NCBI RefSeq assembly: GCF_000143415.4
Contig: NW_003314321.1
Coordinates: 816,236 to 880,235 of the forward strand
Length of the DNA stretch: 64,000 bases
Source: Selaginella moellendorffii
Lineage: Eukaryota; Plantae; Lycopodiophyta
Direction of reading: 5' to 3'
In this document: positions 60,881 to 64,000 of the stretch, piece by piece
Numbering within the stretch: position 1 is the first letter of the stretch
Layout of the letters: each line of letters starts with the position of its first letter
Translations under genes and position numbers: made by a program
Notes under the pieces: model-generated
What the model was told of the DNA's origin: nothing
Databases searched by the model: none
What the model saw: only the letters and a program-made list of their open reading frames with translations

Positions 60881-63385
60881 ATGTGGCTGCTGCTTGTAGC
60901 AGTCGGCTCCGGATGTCTCGCGAGGCGCTGGCGCCATGGATCATCGCAGCGGCGGGGGCAGCTGGAGCAAGACGAGAAGCATCACGAGCAGGAAGACGAA
61001 GATGGATGCCCTAGCGAGGAGCAGCAGGTATTTGATCTCGGTTCCTCGCCGGGACAGGACGCCGGCGATGGCGGCGCAATCGCAATGGTAGAATTCGAGG
61101 AGGAGATGCTCAAGAAGAAGGAGAAGAATGCTTTGCAGCAGATGGATCCAGTGGCAGTGGCGAGGAGGATATCGACCAAGAAGCTGTTTGATGGGGAGGA
61201 AGATCACGGTCACACTAGTCCCAAGCCGCCCGGGACGACCAAAACGACGACCACTACTGTTACTACTGCATCCAGTGATCCTCCACAGGCTGCTGTAGAG
61301 ACTTCTAGGACCCAACTGGAGATCGAGAGCGCTAGCGCGGTGCCTGTAGTGGCTGCCGGGAAGAGGGCGATCGAGTTTAGCAAGCACGCAATGCATGAAG
61401 GTGATCTAGCAGGAATCGAGGTGAAGAGAAAGAGAGATTCTAGCGAGCTTGTAGCGGGGCAGCCGCAAGAGCAGGGACTTCTCAGCTCGTTTACGTGCAG
61501 CTTCATGGACAATCCCGGGTTGACGGATCTCTGGTTTGCTCCACGAGAAGGAGACGCTGCCAGGATTCGGAAGTTCAAGACTCCGAGCCGGCAGAGGTCG
61601 AGGGGACTGGGACGCAGGGCGAGGTACTTGCGTGCGTCGCCAAAGCCGGTTTCTTCGATGGAGAGTTGCTTGAGCGCGCAGCTACATTTCGACGAGGACA
61701 AGCGAGTCTCTCGCTCTTTGTTTTTCCAGCCGTTTCAGGAAGGGAGAACTCCTGGCCTTGGCGAAGTTGAGGTGTTGGGAACAGGGACTGGCTCTGGTCT
61801 TCGTAGAAACTCTATGCATTTTCCACCATTTTCGAGACCGTTTGCACGGAAGAATTTTAAAAAGCACTTCAAAGCTGGAGGTAAGTTTCTGTTCTTCGCT
61901 TCTTTTTCTTTCACTGTTACTTACTTTTGGGAGGTGATTTATTTCTTCTTCTTTGCAGATGATCCTCCACAAGAAGCTCTGCTGTTTAGTTTCGGGGTTG
62001 GCATTGGTGTGATGCACATGGTCACGACGAACAACGCTGAAATTGAGAGGCTGCGAAAATGCTTGGCAGAGGCCGAGAATTTAGTCCAGGTGTTGCAGCG
62101 AGCAGCAGACCGCGGTGCGGTCGAACGTTCTACGGGCCTAGACTCTGCTGGGAGTAATCTGACGACGGAACAGCAGGGAAACATGGCCGAGTTGGAAGCG
62201 CAACTTGAAGCTGAATTGGAGTTGATGCAGCTTAACTCGAACGATTCGACCGAGGAGGAAAGCCATTTTTATTTTGTTTGTTTTCGTTTTTGTACTGAAA
62301 TTTTCTGCGCGTATGTCTGCAGCTGGATGCCGAAGTGGTACATAGCGAACTGAACGCCAGTGGTTTGCCTGGAGTTTCAGACATTGACGAGGACGATAAG
62401 AATCACTCCCATGGTGAGGGGAACACCACAAACTGGGCGGTTTCTCCAAGAGAGCTTGATCGAAGGCTCAGAATGCTCATCGAAACCAGGCAAGAGGAGC
62501 GCATTGCCCAGCTAGAAGAAGACCTCCAACATGCTGAAAACCAGCTTCACGACACAGAGATGGAGCTTCAAATGTGGAAAGACCGTGTCTTTCGCTTGAC
62601 AGGGATGACTCTGTCGACCTCAGGTATGGCTCTTCGTCTTCTATTTACTCCCCAACCTTTTGTCTACTGTAGGGAACAAGGAAGAAAATTCATTCGATCG
62701 CTGCAAGCCTGGAGAGCAGAGCCCCTCGGAAGACATCTGTGACGAGTTCCTCAAGTCTGTATTTCTTAGCCGCCAAAACTCGCTCAGGGATCAGGCTGGT
62801 GCTTCGAGCTGCAGCATTTCCGAGTGTGGAGAAAGCTGGCAACGGCAAGCTTCCGGCACCACCCCGGAGAATTATCTCAGTGGAGGAGCAGGCATGGACA
62901 TCGAGCCGGGAGGCTTCCAGCACAATCGAAACAGCAGCACCGACTTGGAGCAGGAGAGAAAAACCACGCCACCATGGAGCTACAGCAGTGTTTTCGCGGT
63001 CACCCACGCGGGTTCTACCACTCCGATCCAAGACGTGCGCTCCAGCAAGCTCTTCAACACACCCCGGGCTCTCAGATTGCGAAACGGTGCGCTGGTGCTG
63101 GACAAGATACGGTACTGGGAAAACCTCGCCAGGGGCAGCGTCAAGTCGGAGGCTCACACACCTCCAGCGGAGGAAGAAAACGCGACGCAGGGGAACGATC
63201 AGAGCTCTCCTCCGGTGCGATTCAGCTGCTCCGATGGCTCCTCCCGCGACGATAGCTCGGCGTCCGATACGGAAGAAGGCGGGCAGGGTCACGTTTTGAT
63301 CAAGAGGATCGTCGAGAAGTCGAGGAAAGGATCGACGCTGCTCAAAGACGTGGAGAGAATGCTGGCTGCGCTAGATAGTGAGTGA
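60881..63385 (+). CDS. POLAR-like coiled-coil protein; exons 60881-61880, 61959-about 62257, 62323-62623, 62673-63385
   Basis: MWLLLVAVGSGCLARRW N-terminus, PVSSMESCLSAQL, FSFGVGIGVM...EIERLRKCL, LEAQLEAELELM, VSPRELDRRLRMLIETRQEERIAQLE. Confidence 0.75.
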
Positions 63386-63538
63386 CCGTCGTCTTTTTTT
63401 TCTTTATTTTTTTCGTTTTTTTTCCGTTCTAAGCTCTTCCCTGTACATCAAAGTTTACGCAAGTTTTGTAAAGCCCACAAAGAAGAAAGAAGAAGAAAAA
63501 AATATTTCTTTGACACCTCTAAGCTTGATCTTGCGTTT

Positions 63539-64000
63539 CTAGAAAATAATTTCGGGTGAATCGGCCAAAAAACCGTCCACCAGCATCTTAACATCGTCGT
63601 TAACCTTTCGCTTCTTCTTGTCGACTCTAACTTTCTTCTCGCGCGCGCGCTCTCTCGCGTTGATCTTGAAAGCTCCAAACTGGGGGTGATCGCTGAGGAC
63701 ATACTCCACCAGCGAGAAGCTCAAATCGCTGCTGTGCTGCTCGGTAGCGATGTAAGACAAGTTACGCTTCTCCACTTTGAGGCCGCGGAGGACAAAGCTT
63801 TCCTGCTTGCCTTGCTGCTTCCAGTGGCAGCCCTCGATCGTGGTGTTGTCTCGCTGGGATGATCGCTTCCATTTCAATGGCGCGATCAAGGTGATCGTGC
63901 TGGAGCCTGTGGCAACCGATCAATCGCTAGACAATGAGAGACGGGAAGGAATACCTGGTGTGATCACATTCCAGGGGTGTTTGCTGAAAAAGTTTGTATC
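63539..64000 (-). CDS. 3' end of an unidentified gene entering from the right edge
   Basis: Open frame ending ...RERAREKKVRVDKKKRKVNDDVKMLVDGFLADSPEIIF*; minus-strand donor cag|gtattc near 63956. Confidence 0.45.

Overview
Eukaryotic nuclear DNA from a very compact, seed-free land-plant genome. The 50-80 nt introns, intron-containing plastid peptidoglycan ligase MurD, delta-tubulin and several PLS-class PPR genes fit a Selaginella-like lycophyte (inference). 1-20 kb is gene-dense: NDF5/PnsB2-like, PRISE/VEP1, RING E3, F-box/LRR, RPT5, 14-3-3 and delta-tubulin, with two Ty3/gypsy elements of one short-LTR family. 20-59 kb is a rearranged accessory block. It holds a palindromic pair of Crinkler/FunK1-like genes (PD-(D/E)xK nuclease fold + kinase) with a single promoter and header exon in the spacer, nested direct and inverted duplications of a DUF677-PPR-MurD module, and AT-rich TE debris (Cassandra-like 5S-bearing repeats, an IS3EU-like DDE relic, gypsy, LINE, copia, a decayed third MurD) plus an orphan multi-exon locus. 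The window ends with a POLAR-like gene and the 3' end of an unidentified gene. All family calls come from motif recognition by eye, not database searches.
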